From Myxococcota bacterium (GTDB lineage: Bacteria; Myxococcota_A; UBA9160; UBA4427): a DNA stretch of 64,000 bases. The stretch covers positions 5,920,001 to 5,984,000 of the forward strand of contig OZ252299.1 of NCBI GenBank assembly GCA_965250285.1. Direction: 5' to 3'. Position 1 is the stretch's first letter, and each line of letters begins with the position of its first letter. Below are positions 1 to 9,375 of the stretch, one piece after another. The notes below the pieces were generated by a model. That model did not search any database. It had not been told where the DNA came from and saw only the letters and a list, made by a program, of their open reading frames with translations. The position numbers and the translations under genes were made by a program.

Positions 1-137
1 TCGAAGTAGCCCCAGAGCTCGTTGCTCGTGAACAGCTCGTAGTCGGCGGGGTTGATCCGCTCGAGGGGAAAGGCGTAGGGATCGACGCCGACCTGACCGG
101 TCGACGTATGGGTCGGCATGTTGACGGCTTCGCTCAT
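1..137 (-). CDS. Cytochrome P450, CYP153-like (5' part only; runs off the window)
   Basis: Own translation from ATG at 137 with RBS GAGGAG: MSEAVNMPTHTSTGQVGVDPYAFPLERINPADYELFTSNELWGYF. This resembles the CYP153-type N-terminus (D.Y..PLE.I.......F....W.YF). Only 45 codons are visible. Confidence 0.6.
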   Translation of the reverse strand, partial: MSEAVNMPTHTSTGQVGVDPYAFPLERINPADYELFTSNELWGYF

Positions 138-210
138 GTCTCGCTCCTCAGCGTGCTGCACGTGCGTACGGCGGCATTTCAGTCGCGGCCGACGAGGGCC
201 ACGCGTTCGA

Positions 211-855
211 CTACACGGCCCGGGGCCCGTTCATGCCGAGCAGCCGCTCGGCGATGGCAACGGTGTCGGCGACGAGCATCTCCATGCGCTCGGCCGAGAG
301 GTGGTCGTCGGGCAGGTCGGCGACGAAGTGCGGCAGGGCGGCGACGTAGAAGAGCACCGTGCCCGCGATCGCACTGAAGAAGTGATAGGGCTCGTTGCGC
401 ACGGGCTGGATGTCGCCGCTGCGCACGCCCTCTTCGAAGAGCGCGACGATCTGACCGAGCAGCGGGTTCGTCTCGCGCTCGACGTCGCGGTCGCCGGTCA
501 TCGCCTGGCGCAGCGCGATGCTTGCCAGGGCGGGGCGCACGGCGATCGACTGAGCGGCGGCGCGTACGAGCGCCACGAGCCGTTGGCTGGGCGGCGCATC
601 GGATTCGACGGCCTGGGCCACCGAGCTCAGCATCTCGGTGCTGAGATCTTCGATCACGGCGCGGTAGAGCTCTCGTTTGCCGCCGTAGTGGTAGAGGATC
701 GCCGACCCGACCATGCCGATGTCGTCGGCGATGTCGTCGAGGCGCGTCTGGTCGAAGCCCGATTCGGCGAATCGACGCTCGGCTGCTGCCAGGATCTGGC
801 GGCGGGTGCGCTCGGCCTTGGGCAGCCGGGGTGTGCGGGCAGTCGCTGTGCTCAA
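211..855 (-). CDS. TetR/AcrR family transcriptional regulator
   Basis: N-terminal HTH: TRRQILAAAERRFAESGFDQTRLDDIADDIGMVGSAILYHYGGKRELY. Probable TTG start at 855 after GGAG. Confidence 0.9.
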   Translation of the reverse strand: MSTATARTPRLPKAERTRRQILAAAERRFAESGFDQTRLDDIADDIGMVGSAILYHYGGKRELYRAVIEDLSTEMLSSVAQAVESDAPPSQRLVALVRAAAQSIAVRPALASIALRQAMTGDRDVERETNPLLGQIVALFEEGVRSGDIQPVRNEPYHFFSAIAGTVLFYVAALPHFVADLPDDHLSAERMEMLVADTVAIAERLLGMNGPRAV

Positions 856-873
856 GCGGGGCTCCGTCTCACG

Positions 874-893
874 TTTTGAGTTGGTACTCAAAA
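874..893. promoter_or_regulatory. Palindromic operator candidate (likely TetR site)
   Basis: Perfect inverted repeat TTTTGAGT-TGGT-ACTCAAAA just upstream of the tetR start. Confidence 0.6.
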
Positions 894-966
894 ATGAATC
901 GGGGGTCAAATCGGGCCATGAGGGGGCTCTGAGCGCCGGTCCCGCGGGGGCTTCCATTGACTGAGT

Positions 967-982
967 GAGTTGAAATCAACTC
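967..982. promoter_or_regulatory. Second palindromic operator candidate
   Basis: GAGTTGA-AA-TCAACTC in the divergent tetR / GGDEF-EAL intergenic region. Confidence 0.5.
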
Positions 983-1138
983 GATTCAATCTCGGCCAGA
1001 GGTCTTCCAGATGCCTGATTTGGTTGGTCTTTTGCTCTCGCTGCGGGCTGTCTTGAGTCGATGCGCGCGTTTCATTTGAGATCGCGTTCGGCCGATCAAA
1101 CCCCTGGCGCCTGCTGCGCCGCCCCACCAGGTGGACCC

Positions 1139-2749
1139 ATGCCGCTCGAGCGACCGGCCATCAAAGCCTTTCCCAGCGCCCTCGATCAGGGCGCGTTCGT
1201 CGCCTACTTCCTGGGCGGCGTGGTGCCGCTCGCCGCGCTCGGGGTCGTCGTCGAACGCTACCTGCTCTCGCCCGAGATCGAGCGGCTCGACGACCTGTCG
1301 GCCGCCGGCCTGGTCTCGCTGGTCGCGGGCATCGCGGTGCTCTCGCTCTTCAGCTTCCTCATGCTGCGCCGGCTCGTGGTGCGCGCGATCGAGCAGAACC
1401 TCGAGCCCATCTACCACGACGTGCTGACGGGTCTGCCCAACCGGCTGCTCTTTCAGCAGCGCCTCGAGCAGGCGGTCGAGCACGCGACCGAGACGGGCGA
1501 TCTCGTCGCGGTGTGCTTCCTCGACCTCGACGGCTTCAAGCGCATCAACGACAGCCTCGGCCACGCGGTGGGCGACGAGCTGATTCGACAGGCGGCGCAG
1601 CGCCTGCAGGACAACCTTCGCAGCACCGACGCGGTCGCGCGTTCGCGCAGCGAGGTCGCTTCGGCCGACCCGTCGGTCTCGCGCCTCGGCGGCGATGAGT
1701 TCACGTTCGTCATCCCCGACCTCTCGAGTGCGCACGACGCCAGCTCGGCCGTGTGGCGCGTGCTCGAGGCGATCCGCAAGCCCTTCACGCTCGAAGGCCG
1801 AGAGGTGACGGTGACCGCGAGCGCCGGCATCGCGCTCTTTCCCGACGACGCCGACGAACCGCAGACGCTGCTGCGCAACGCCGACATCGCGATGTACTGG
1901 GCCAAGAGCTGCGGCCGCAACAACTATCAGTTCTTCGCACAGTCGATGGATTCAGAGGGCCAGCGCCGACTCAACATCGAGCGCTGCCTGCGCCGCTCGC
2001 TCGAACGGTACCCGTTCTCGTTGATCTACCAGCCGATCCGCGACGCCGAGAGCACGCAGATCGTCGCCGTCGAAGCGCTGCTGCGCTGGGAAGACCCCGA
2101 GCTCGGTGCGGTGGGCCCCGCCGAGTTCATCCCGGTCGCCGAAGAGGCCGGCCTCATCGCCCCGCTCGGCGAATGGGTGCTGCGCACCGCCTGCGCGCAG
2201 GTCAAGGCCTGGCAGGATGCCGGCCTGCGCGCGCCGCGCATGTGTGTGAACGCGTCGGGCATCCAGATCAAGCACCCGAGCTGGGTGGCCCGCGTGCGCT
2301 CGATCCTCGAGCGCCTCGATCTGAGCCCCGGGAGCCTCGAGCTCGAGATCACCGAGAGCACGATCCTCGGCGACGGCGACGGCACGCGCGAGACGCTGCA
2401 CGAGCTGAGCGCGATGGGCGTGACCCTCGCCCTCGACGACTTCGGCACCGGCTACTCGTCGCTGCGCTATCTGCACGACTTTCCCATCGATCGCGTCAAG
2501 ATCGACCAGGCGTTCGTGCAGAGCCTCGGCACCGAAATGGGCCGCTCGCTGATCCTGTCGGTGATCTCGATGGCACACGGGCTGGGCATCACCGCCATCG
2601 CCGAGGGCGTCGAGACCGAAGACCAGGCGACCTTCCTGCGCGACGCCGGTTGCGACGAGCTCCAGGGCTTCCTCTTCAGCAAGCCCGTGCCGGCCGCAGA
2701 GCTGACCACCCATCTCGAAGCCGAGAAGGAAGCGGGGGGCGGGGCGTAG
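1139..2749 (+). CDS. Membrane-anchored bifunctional diguanylate cyclase/phosphodiesterase (GGDEF-EAL)
   Basis: Two N-terminal TM segments, then [49 protein letters not shown] and AEGVET. Confidence 0.95.
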   Translation: MPLERPAIKAFPSALDQGAFVAYFLGGVVPLAALGVVVERYLLSPEIERLDDLSAAGLVSLVAGIAVLSLFSFLMLRRLVVRAIEQNLEPIYHDVLTGLPNRLLFQQRLEQAVEHATETGDLVAVCFLDLDGFKRINDSLGHAVGDELIRQAAQRLQDNLRSTDAVARSRSEVASADPSVSRLGGDEFTFVIPDLSSAHDASSAVWRVLEAIRKPFTLEGREVTVTASAGIALFPDDADEPQTLLRNADIAMYWAKSCGRNNYQFFAQSMDSEGQRRLNIERCLRRSLERYPFSLIYQPIRDAESTQIVAVEALLRWEDPELGAVGPAEFIPVAEEAGLIAPLGEWVLRTACAQVKAWQDAGLRAPRMCVNASGIQIKHPSWVARVRSILERLDLSPGSLELEITESTILGDGDGTRETLHELSAMGVTLALDDFGTGYSSLRYLHDFPIDRVKIDQAFVQSLGTEMGRSLILSVISMAHGLGITAIAEGVETEDQATFLRDAGCDELQGFLFSKPVPAAELTTHLEAEKEAGGGA

Positions 2750-2752
2750 GCG
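2710..2752 (+). repeat. 43-bp direct repeat, copy 1 (3' end of the EAL gene)
   Basis: CCATCTCGAAGCCGAGAAGGAAGCGGGGGGCGGGGCGTAGGCG; 42/43 identical to 4816-4858. Confidence 0.95.
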
Positions 2753-2823
2753 ACTCACACCCAAGCAACGCTTCACCTGAACGACCGCCGCAGGGCTGCC
2801 CAAGGCCAGCCCCGCGACGATCG

Positions 2824-2860
2824 CCGAGGCGCCTGCGGCAAGCGCCTCGGAGGCGCTTGC
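2824..2860. terminator. Hairpin(s) between convergent genes
   Basis: GCAAGCGCCT-CGG-AGGCGCTTGC (2838-2860), overlapped by an alternative stem CCGAGGCGC...GCGCCTCGG (2824-2850). No U-tract. Confidence 0.4.
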
Positions 2861-2862
2861 GG

Positions 2863-3849
2863 CTAGCGCCTCATGCCTGAACGGCGCGAACGCATTCGGG
2901 CGAGGGATGAACCGGCGGGTTCGCCCTCGGCCGGGCTCGCGAAGGCGGCCAGGTGGACGACGCGGCCATCGGCCACGAGGCCAGCGGCGACGAGCGTGCT
3001 CGACTGCGTGCGCACCTCGGTTCCGGCCCCCAGCGCGGGCGTCACATCGAACGCGGCAGTGCGCACCTGCGTCACGAAGTCGCGCGCGTCGTTCTCTGTC
3101 GGGTTGTTTCGATGTCGGGCGACGGTTTCGAGTGCGTCGATGGCATAGCTGCGGATCAGCTTCGGCAGCATGTCGGCCATAGTCTCGGGACAGTCGAACA
3201 GCTCGAGCCCTTCGACGCGATCATTGATCGCGAACACCACACCCGTCTGTCCGGGCCTGGCTTCGAACGCACGCACGTAGTCGTCGAGTCGCGTCGCATG
3301 TGATTCGTAGACATCGCTCATGGCGCTGGTGCGTGACGACACTCGCATGCGTCGCGACTTCGACTCGATGTCACTCCACACTGCCCCCTGATCGGCGCCG
3401 GGTAGGCCGCACTCCTCCATCGACGTGGCCACCGAGCGCATCTTGGCTCGGCGCCCACCCGAGAAGTGCATGCGATCCGAGGGCGCCATCTCGACGCCGC
3501 GGTCCGACCAGCGGCCGGCCTCGACACAGGTCACGGGGATCCGGGTCGTCGCGCCCGCCGGTGCGAGCACGGTGACGTTGGCGGTGCGGTTCTGTTTGGC
3601 GCCGACCAGTTCTTCCCCCTCGAAGACGAGCACCGGCTCTTTGCCGCCGTTGTCGACCGCGAGCTCGGACACGCTGCCGCCGGTCGAGATCTCTCGAACG
3701 CGCACTGAACCCGACTCGATGCCGGCGCCCAGAGTGATGTAGTCGCGGTGGTACCCGCTCTGCCCGAGCAGGGGAAAGGCGGCGAGGTTCAGGAACCGAT
3801 CCGGCTCCCCGAGAGCGGCCTGCTCGAGGGTCTGTGCAATGACGTCCAT
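2863..3849 (-). CDS. ARPP-1 family (DUF6569) protein
   Basis: Motifs EGEELVGAKQNR, IPVTCVEAGRW, DQGAVW, GQTGVVFAI, LELFD, KLIRSYAIDA and VVHL. RBS AGGAGG 6 nt before the ATG at 3849. Confidence 0.8.
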   Translation of the reverse strand: MDVIAQTLEQAALGEPDRFLNLAAFPLLGQSGYHRDYITLGAGIESGSVRVREISTGGSVSELAVDNGGKEPVLVFEGEELVGAKQNRTANVTVLAPAGATTRIPVTCVEAGRWSDRGVEMAPSDRMHFSGGRRAKMRSVATSMEECGLPGADQGAVWSDIESKSRRMRVSSRTSAMSDVYESHATRLDDYVRAFEARPGQTGVVFAINDRVEGLELFDCPETMADMLPKLIRSYAIDALETVARHRNNPTENDARDFVTQVRTAAFDVTPALGAGTEVRTQSSTLVAAGLVADGRVVHLAAFASPAEGEPAGSSLARMRSRRSGMRR

Positions 3850-3896
3850 GGTCATCCTCCTCTGACTGGGACCGGAGCCCCACACTGAGCTCCGAT

Positions 3897-3985
3897 TTGA
3901 CAGTAGTCGTCAGTAATCGGCACCATATCGACAGTCAAAAAAGAAGTCAACAGTTGTTGACAGTGGGCAGTCTGGCGCGAAGCTG
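3897..3985. promoter_or_regulatory. Divergent promoter/operator region of the islet
   Basis: AT-rich stretch with the perfect IR GTCAACA-GT-TGTTGAC (3946-3961), repeated GACAGT boxes and TTGACA at 3957-3962. Confidence 0.55.
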
Positions 3986-3990
3986 AGGCC

Positions 3991-4758
3991 ATGGAGCGCG
4001 AAGAGCGGACCTACACCCTCAGCGAGATCGCGGCCAAGACCGGGTTCGACCAGCGCACGATCGCCTACTACGTGCAGGAGGGGCTGCTGCCCCGGGTTGG
4101 CCGCCGCGGCCGATCGACCCGCTACGCGAAGCCGTTCGTCGACCGGCTCGTCTTCATTCGCCGCGTCCGCGACCTTCAGGATTCGGGGCGAATGCGCTCG
4201 GTAACGCTCGGCGAGATTCGCAACGTGCTCGACGACCTGTCGCCCCGCGAGGTTCACGACCTGACGCGCAAGGGCGCCGACGAAGCGAGACTGCAGGAGC
4301 TGTTCGAACCGGATGAGCTGCCGGGCGCGCCCGAGTTCGAGGAGGCGGCCATCGGCGCAGCTGAGGGGATCGAGGTCGACGAGAAGCCGACGGACGCCCG
4401 GGTTGGCAGCGCGCGAGGGCGGCGCGCGCGACTCTTGCAGAGATTCGAGGGAGCGCGCGCAGGCGAGGCCGAGGAGGCCCCGCAACCGGCTCGCATCGGC
4501 TCGTCACGAGCGGGCCGCAGCCGCATGGCGACGGCGCAGGCCATGGCCGATGTCGATCGAATTCAGCAGTTGCTGACGCAGATCGAAGCGTACGCGCAGC
4601 AGGAGCGCGGCGAGCGCGACGACGACTCGACCCACGAACGAGTGACCCGCGTGCCGATTGGCGACTCAACCTATCTCTCGGTCAAGGATCTCGGCGAAGA
4701 GCACGCGGCCCTCGTGGAAGAGTTGGCGAGGCTGCTTCGCGGGAGGCTCGGGGACTGA
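3991..4758 (+). CDS. MerR-like HTH regulator with unknown C-terminal domain
   Basis: YTLSEIAAKTGFDQRTIAYYVQEGLLPRVGRRGRSTRY...RLVFIRRVRDLQ. Confidence 0.8.
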   Translation: MEREERTYTLSEIAAKTGFDQRTIAYYVQEGLLPRVGRRGRSTRYAKPFVDRLVFIRRVRDLQDSGRMRSVTLGEIRNVLDDLSPREVHDLTRKGADEARLQELFEPDELPGAPEFEEAAIGAAEGIEVDEKPTDARVGSARGRRARLLQRFEGARAGEAEEAPQPARIGSSRAGRSRMATAQAMADVDRIQQLLTQIEAYAQQERGERDDDSTHERVTRVPIGDSTYLSVKDLGEEHAALVEELARLLRGRLGD

Positions 4759-4815
4759 GTTCGAGACCTCGTTGCGATTCGGCTGCGAACTTCAGTCGTG
4801 TTGTTGGCCTTCTCT

Positions 4816-4858
4816 CCATCTCGAAGCCGAGAAGGAAGCGGGCGGCGGGGCGTAGGCG
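4816..4858 (+). repeat. 43-bp direct repeat, copy 2
   Basis: CCATCTCGAAGCCGAGAAGGAAGCGGGCGGCGGGGCGTAGGCG; one mismatch to copy 1. Confidence 0.95.
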
Positions 4859-5093
4859 GACCCCGCGGAGGGCCGCCGCCCTCGCCGTGAAGCACGCTCG
4901 CACGATCTTCGAGCCGATCGACGCCGTCCCGGGCGGTCGCGTCTGTGACACCGTCACGAGTTGATCATAGTTCATCCATTAATCAAGTCGTATAATCAGG
5001 GTGCGACCTCGTTGGGTCGCTGGCTGACTCAGGCGCCCGTTGCGGCGGGCAATCGGCCCTCCTTCAGCGAGGCCGAACCGCGGAGGCCGACCG

Positions 5094-7172
5094 ATGGCTC
5101 ACTCGACTGTTCGTTCTCACCGATCCTGCCGTTCCCCTTGGCGCTCTCTCTTGCTCCCCGGCCTGATCGCGACACTCGCGCTGGTCGCCGGGTCGAGCTC
5201 GGCCTTCGTCAGCGAACGCGTGGTCTATCGCGAGGATTTCGTGGGCGAGACCGCATACGAGACGACGCCCGAGATCGATGAGATCGCCGGCGTCGGTCTC
5301 GTCGGCCTCGACACCGGAGGCCCGGGCGATGGGCCGGTGCTGACCGGCAGCGCCGCGCGGGCCACCATCGCCGCAGCCGGTCCCACGGTGCAGTGGGTGT
5401 TTCTGCCCTTCACATCGTTCGGTGCGGGCCCGGCGCGACTCAGGACGACCGCATCGAGCTGGTCGACGGCTTCGGAGGGCGCAGGCCTCGTTGGGCTCGA
5501 AGTCGAGCTCGAGGCCGCCAGCGGAAGCGCGCGGGTCAGCGCGCTCGTCGAGATCGAGAACGATCCGGGTGGGACGACGGTCGGCTTCGGTGGCTTCGTG
5601 CTGGGGCAGAACCCGGCGGCGGGCCCTGGCTCGAGCCTCTCGCTGACGCTCACGCCCGCCGAGCTCGCCGTGATCGAGGCAGGTGGGGCGTTCGAGATCG
5701 AGCTGACCGTCGACCGAGATGCAGCGACGGCGACCGCCACGATCGAGGTGAGCGGCCAGCCGCCTCAGTCACTCGGGCCGATCTCGATCGACGCGACGAC
5801 GGCCGGGCTCGAGATCGAGTCGGCCGCGATGGTGCTCGCCCAGCTCTTCGGCGTCGATCCATTTCAGGTCGACTTCGACGCGTTCGAGATCAGCCGCGTC
5901 TACACCACGTCGTTCACGGTCGACACGCTCGCCGATGAGGTCGATGCCGCCATCGGCGACAGCGCGTGCGCCACGTCGACCGGCTTCTGCAGCCTGCGTG
6001 CGGCGATCCAGGAGTCGAACGCAATCGCGGGGCCGGGTGAGGTGATCGTACCGGCGGGCGAGTACGTGACGACGATCGCTGGCACCGGCGACGACGCGGC
6101 TGCGACCGGCGACCTCGACATCACCGACGCGCTGACGCTCAGAGGGGCCGGGCGAGACGTCACGACCATCGACGGCGGGGGCCTCGATCGGGTGCTCCAC
6201 GTTCTGTTTGCATTCGATCTCGTTCACGCGCAGGTCATGGATCTCGCCGTCCGCAACGGAGCCGCCGTGCTGGCGGACAACGCCGTCGGCGGTGGCATCG
6301 AGAACAGCGGCCGGCTCGATCTGCTGCGCTGCGAGGTCTCGGCCAATCGCGCGAATCTGGGCGGCGGCATCCTGAACCGCGAGCGGCTGTTCATGGACGA
6401 CTGCATCGTGCGGGAGAATGCCGCCGAGAACCTCGGCTTCACGAATGCGTTCGCCGGCGGCATCGCGAGTGCGTCGTCGTCGGCCGGGGGCGGCGATTTC
6501 GTGAGCGCGTTCATTCGCAACAGCGCCATCGTCGACAATGAAGCGTTCGTCACGGGCGGCCTCGAGTTCGGCAACGCCAGCTTTGCGAACGTCTCGAATA
6601 CGACGATCAGCGGCAACACGAGCCCGCAGGTCACGGTGCGCAGCACCGACGTCACGCTGCGCCATGTGACGATCGCCGATGGCTTCGGGGTCGGTCTTCA
6701 GGCCTCTTCGTTCGATCCGACGAAGGAGCTCGAGATCGTCAACAGCGCCATCTCGGACTTCACCGCGTGCAACCTCAGCACGACGGCGCCGATGACGATC
6801 CTCCTCGCCGGTCACAACGCGAGCAGCGATACGAGCTGCGGCTTCGTCGGTGCCGGTGACGTCGAGGGCGTGCCGCTCGAACTCGAACCCCTCGCCGACG
6901 TTGGGGGCACCCTGGCTCACGTGCCGATGCCTTCGAGCCCGCTCATCGACAGCGGCGACGACGCCGAGTGCGCCTTCGCCGACCAGCGCGGTGAGCTGCG
7001 CCCGCAGGACGGCGACGCGAGCGGCACGGCCGAGTGCGACATCGGAGCGATCGAGGTGCCCGAGCCCGGGCTCGGCGCGCTCACGGCGAGTGGACTGATC
7101 GCGTTGTGGGCGCTGCGAGCACGGCGAGTGCGGCGACGCGATCGAGGTGGGCTGGGGCGCCATTCCGCGTGA
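5094..7172 (+). CDS. Secreted CSLREA-domain / choice-of-anchor Q / PEP-CTERM surface protein
   Basis: Signal peptide, CSLRAAIQESN, GDLDIT, beta-helix-like GGGI-N repeats and DQRG..RPQDGD...CDIGAIE. C-terminus is VPEPG + TM + Arg-rich tail. Confidence 0.9.
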   Translation: MAHSTVRSHRSCRSPWRSLLLPGLIATLALVAGSSSAFVSERVVYREDFVGETAYETTPEIDEIAGVGLVGLDTGGPGDGPVLTGSAARATIAAAGPTVQWVFLPFTSFGAGPARLRTTASSWSTASEGAGLVGLEVELEAASGSARVSALVEIENDPGGTTVGFGGFVLGQNPAAGPGSSLSLTLTPAELAVIEAGGAFEIELTVDRDAATATATIEVSGQPPQSLGPISIDATTAGLEIESAAMVLAQLFGVDPFQVDFDAFEISRVYTTSFTVDTLADEVDAAIGDSACATSTGFCSLRAAIQESNAIAGPGEVIVPAGEYVTTIAGTGDDAAATGDLDITDALTLRGAGRDVTTIDGGGLDRVLHVLFAFDLVHAQVMDLAVRNGAAVLADNAVGGGIENSGRLDLLRCEVSANRANLGGGILNRERLFMDDCIVRENAAENLGFTNAFAGGIASASSSAGGGDFVSAFIRNSAIVDNEAFVTGGLEFGNASFANVSNTTISGNTSPQVTVRSTDVTLRHVTIADGFGVGLQASSFDPTKELEIVNSAISDFTACNLSTTAPMTILLAGHNASSDTSCGFVGAGDVEGVPLELEPLADVGGTLAHVPMPSSPLIDSGDDAECAFADQRGELRPQDGDASGTAECDIGAIEVPEPGLGALTASGLIALWALRARRVRRRDRGGLGRHSA

Positions 7173-7311
7173 CGTGACCCGTCGTACGTGCGGCATCGCA
7201 GTCGGTCGGTCATCTGCCGTACCGGGCTTGCTTCGGCGCGACCCGGGTTTAGGTTGCTCCCGTAAGCGTTTTGGTCGACTCGAAGACGAGTCACGACACA
7301 GGTCGTTTCAG

Positions 7312-7704
7312 ATGACGACAGAAGCGCACCCGAACATTGCCGTGCTTCAGCGACTCGATCTCTCCCGCCTGGGGGAGGACGCAGACCTCTTCGCCGGCGA
7401 ATTCGTCTGGCACTTCTTCAATCCCAGGTTGCCCGATCTCGCGGGTGACTATGCGGGTGTAGATGGCCTCCAGACCTTCTTCGAGAAGCTCGGAGCGGCG
7501 ACGGGCGGCACGTTTCGAGTCGAGCCGCTCTCGGTCATCCCGATCGGGGACGAGTTTCTGGTCGTACACGCCCGGGATACCCTGACCCTCGAAGGGCAGT
7601 CCATCGAGCTCGACGCCGTGGTGGTCTGGCGCATCGTGGCCGGCCAGATCGCCGAGGCGTGGGACATCCCCGGGATCCACACGATCCGTCCGGCTGCGCC
7701 ATGA
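7312..7704 (+). CDS. NTF2/SnoaL-like protein
   Basis: LFAGEFVWH...LAGDYAGVDG...VVVWRIVAGQIAEAW. Confidence 0.8.
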   Translation: MTTEAHPNIAVLQRLDLSRLGEDADLFAGEFVWHFFNPRLPDLAGDYAGVDGLQTFFEKLGAATGGTFRVEPLSVIPIGDEFLVVHARDTLTLEGQSIELDAVVVWRIVAGQIAEAWDIPGIHTIRPAAP

Positions 7705-7777
7705 CGCGCCGGCGCAGCGTCGCTTCGCCCGGAAGTCGTCGTCCGGGCCTGTCTCGGACGCAGGGAGGCCGCGTCGC

Positions 7778-8761
7778 ATGAGGATCCTCGTCTACGGCGC
7801 GGGCAACATCGGCTGTCTCTATGCCGCGCTGCTCAGTCAAGGCGGTCACGACGTTTCGGTTCTCGCGCGCGGCCACCGTCTCGACGCGATCGACGGCGAC
7901 GGCATCGTGCTCGAGCGCTTCGCGACGGGGGAACGGTCGGCCACGCGGGTGCGGACGATCTCGTCGCTCGCGGCCGACGACGCCTACGACTTCGTCCTCG
8001 TCTCGATGGGGCGAGAGCACGTCCATGACGCGCTCCCCGCTCTGGCCAGCAACTGCTCGCCCAGCGTGATCTTCTTCGGCAACAACGTCGTGGGGTCCAA
8101 GCCTTTCGTCGAGGCGCTCGGCGTCCACCGTGTGCTGCTCGGCTTTCCCGGCGCGGCGGGGATCCCCAGCGACGGGGCCATTCGCTACGTGATCCTGGCC
8201 AAGGCCGACCAGCCGACGACTCTGGGCGAGCCCGATGGCGGCGAATCGGAGCGGGTGCGCGCCATCGCGTCGGTCTTCGAGGGGGCTGGCTTCCCCGTCG
8301 CCGTCTCGCCCCGCATGGATGCCTGGCTGAAGACACACGCAGCCGAGATCCTGCCGACGGCGTACGCGCTCTATGCGGCGGGGGGCGACGTCGCGAGGCT
8401 TTCGCGCACGCGCGACGCGCTCGTCCTCGCGGTGAGGGGGATTCGCGAGGGCTACAGCGTGCTCCGCGCCGCGGGCGTTTCGATCGATCCGCCCAGCCAC
8501 CGGGTGTTCGATTGGTTGCCCGAAGCCCTGCTGGCGCCGACGATGAGACGGATGGTCTCGGGCGAATCCTGGCTGATCAAGATCGGCCACGCGAACGCGG
8601 CCCGAGAAGAGATGCGTTTGCTGGCGGGCGACTTCGGCGCGCTGACCCGCAGCACAGGTGTGGAGACGCCCGTGCTTGATCGGCTCTCGGCCCATCTCGA
8701 TCGGGCCGTGCCGCCCATCGCGGATGGGCGCCGCGAGATCCGCCCGAGATGGTGGCGTTGA
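7778..8761 (+). CDS. Ketopantoate reductase (ApbA/PanE) family protein
   Basis: MRILVYGAGNIGCLYA Rossmann motif, LARG, LLGFPG and WLKTHA. Confidence 0.85.
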   Translation: MRILVYGAGNIGCLYAALLSQGGHDVSVLARGHRLDAIDGDGIVLERFATGERSATRVRTISSLAADDAYDFVLVSMGREHVHDALPALASNCSPSVIFFGNNVVGSKPFVEALGVHRVLLGFPGAAGIPSDGAIRYVILAKADQPTTLGEPDGGESERVRAIASVFEGAGFPVAVSPRMDAWLKTHAAEILPTAYALYAAGGDVARLSRTRDALVLAVRGIREGYSVLRAAGVSIDPPSHRVFDWLPEALLAPTMRRMVSGESWLIKIGHANAAREEMRLLAGDFGALTRSTGVETPVLDRLSAHLDRAVPPIADGRREIRPRWWR

Positions 8762-8778
8762 GCGAAGGGGCGACGCCG

Positions 8779-9375
8779 ATGCAGCGGCTGATCTCGGCCG
8801 AGCAGGTGTGGCGTGAGATCGAGCGACGCTCGTTCGCGGTGCTCTCGTATGTCAGCCCCAGCGGTCGGGCGCGCTCGTCGGGCATCGTCTACGTCGCGGT
8901 CGATCACGTACTGTACGTCCGCGTCGCCGCAGAGTCGTGGAAGGCGAGGCACATTCGCCGCAACCCGCACGTCGCGCTGAACGTGACGATCCCGAAGCGG
9001 GTGCCATTGCTGCCCTTCGTCCAGATTCCCGACGCGACGATCGCATTCGGTGGCGAGGCGCGCGTATGGCGCATGGACGAGGTCGAAGCAGAGCTGCGCG
9101 ATCACGTACTCGCGCGAATGATCGATCACCCGAGCGACGAAGAGACCTGCCTGATCGAGATCCGACCCACGGGCCATTTCGCGACCTATGGCGTCGGCGT
9201 CTCGCTCTGGGCCATGCGGAACCCGCGCACCGCAAGGGCGCGGGTGCCGGTCGGGCCGAGCTCCCGCTGCCCGCCGACCGTCCTCGATCAACCGGGCTTC
9301 AGTGGCGCCGGGTCATTGCGCGCCTCAAGTCACCGTCGCGCCCGCAACCCTACAACGGCAGGTCGTACACCGTGA
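8779..9375 (+). CDS. Pyridoxamine 5'-phosphate oxidase-like (split-barrel flavin-binding) protein
   Basis: FAVLSYVSPSGRARSSGIVY...SWKARHIRRNPHVAL. The start could be 8749. Confidence 0.75.
   Translation: MQRLISAEQVWREIERRSFAVLSYVSPSGRARSSGIVYVAVDHVLYVRVAAESWKARHIRRNPHVALNVTIPKRVPLLPFVQIPDATIAFGGEARVWRMDEVEAELRDHVLARMIDHPSDEETCLIEIRPTGHFATYGVGVSLWAMRNPRTARARVPVGPSSRCPPTVLDQPGFSGAGSLRASSHRRARNPTTAGRTP

Larger units (their letters stand above)
2753..4858. mobile_element. Putative integrated islet (ARPP-1/DUF6569 + MerR-HTH), no integrase
   Basis: Two divergent genes bracketed by a 43-bp duplication of the host gene's 3' end. Confidence 0.55.

Noticed and set aside
4658..4855. 65-aa ORF ending [12 protein letters not shown]
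   Set aside because: It overlaps the MerR gene and its tail is simply the duplicated EAL 3' end; treated as a repeat/remnant, not a gene.
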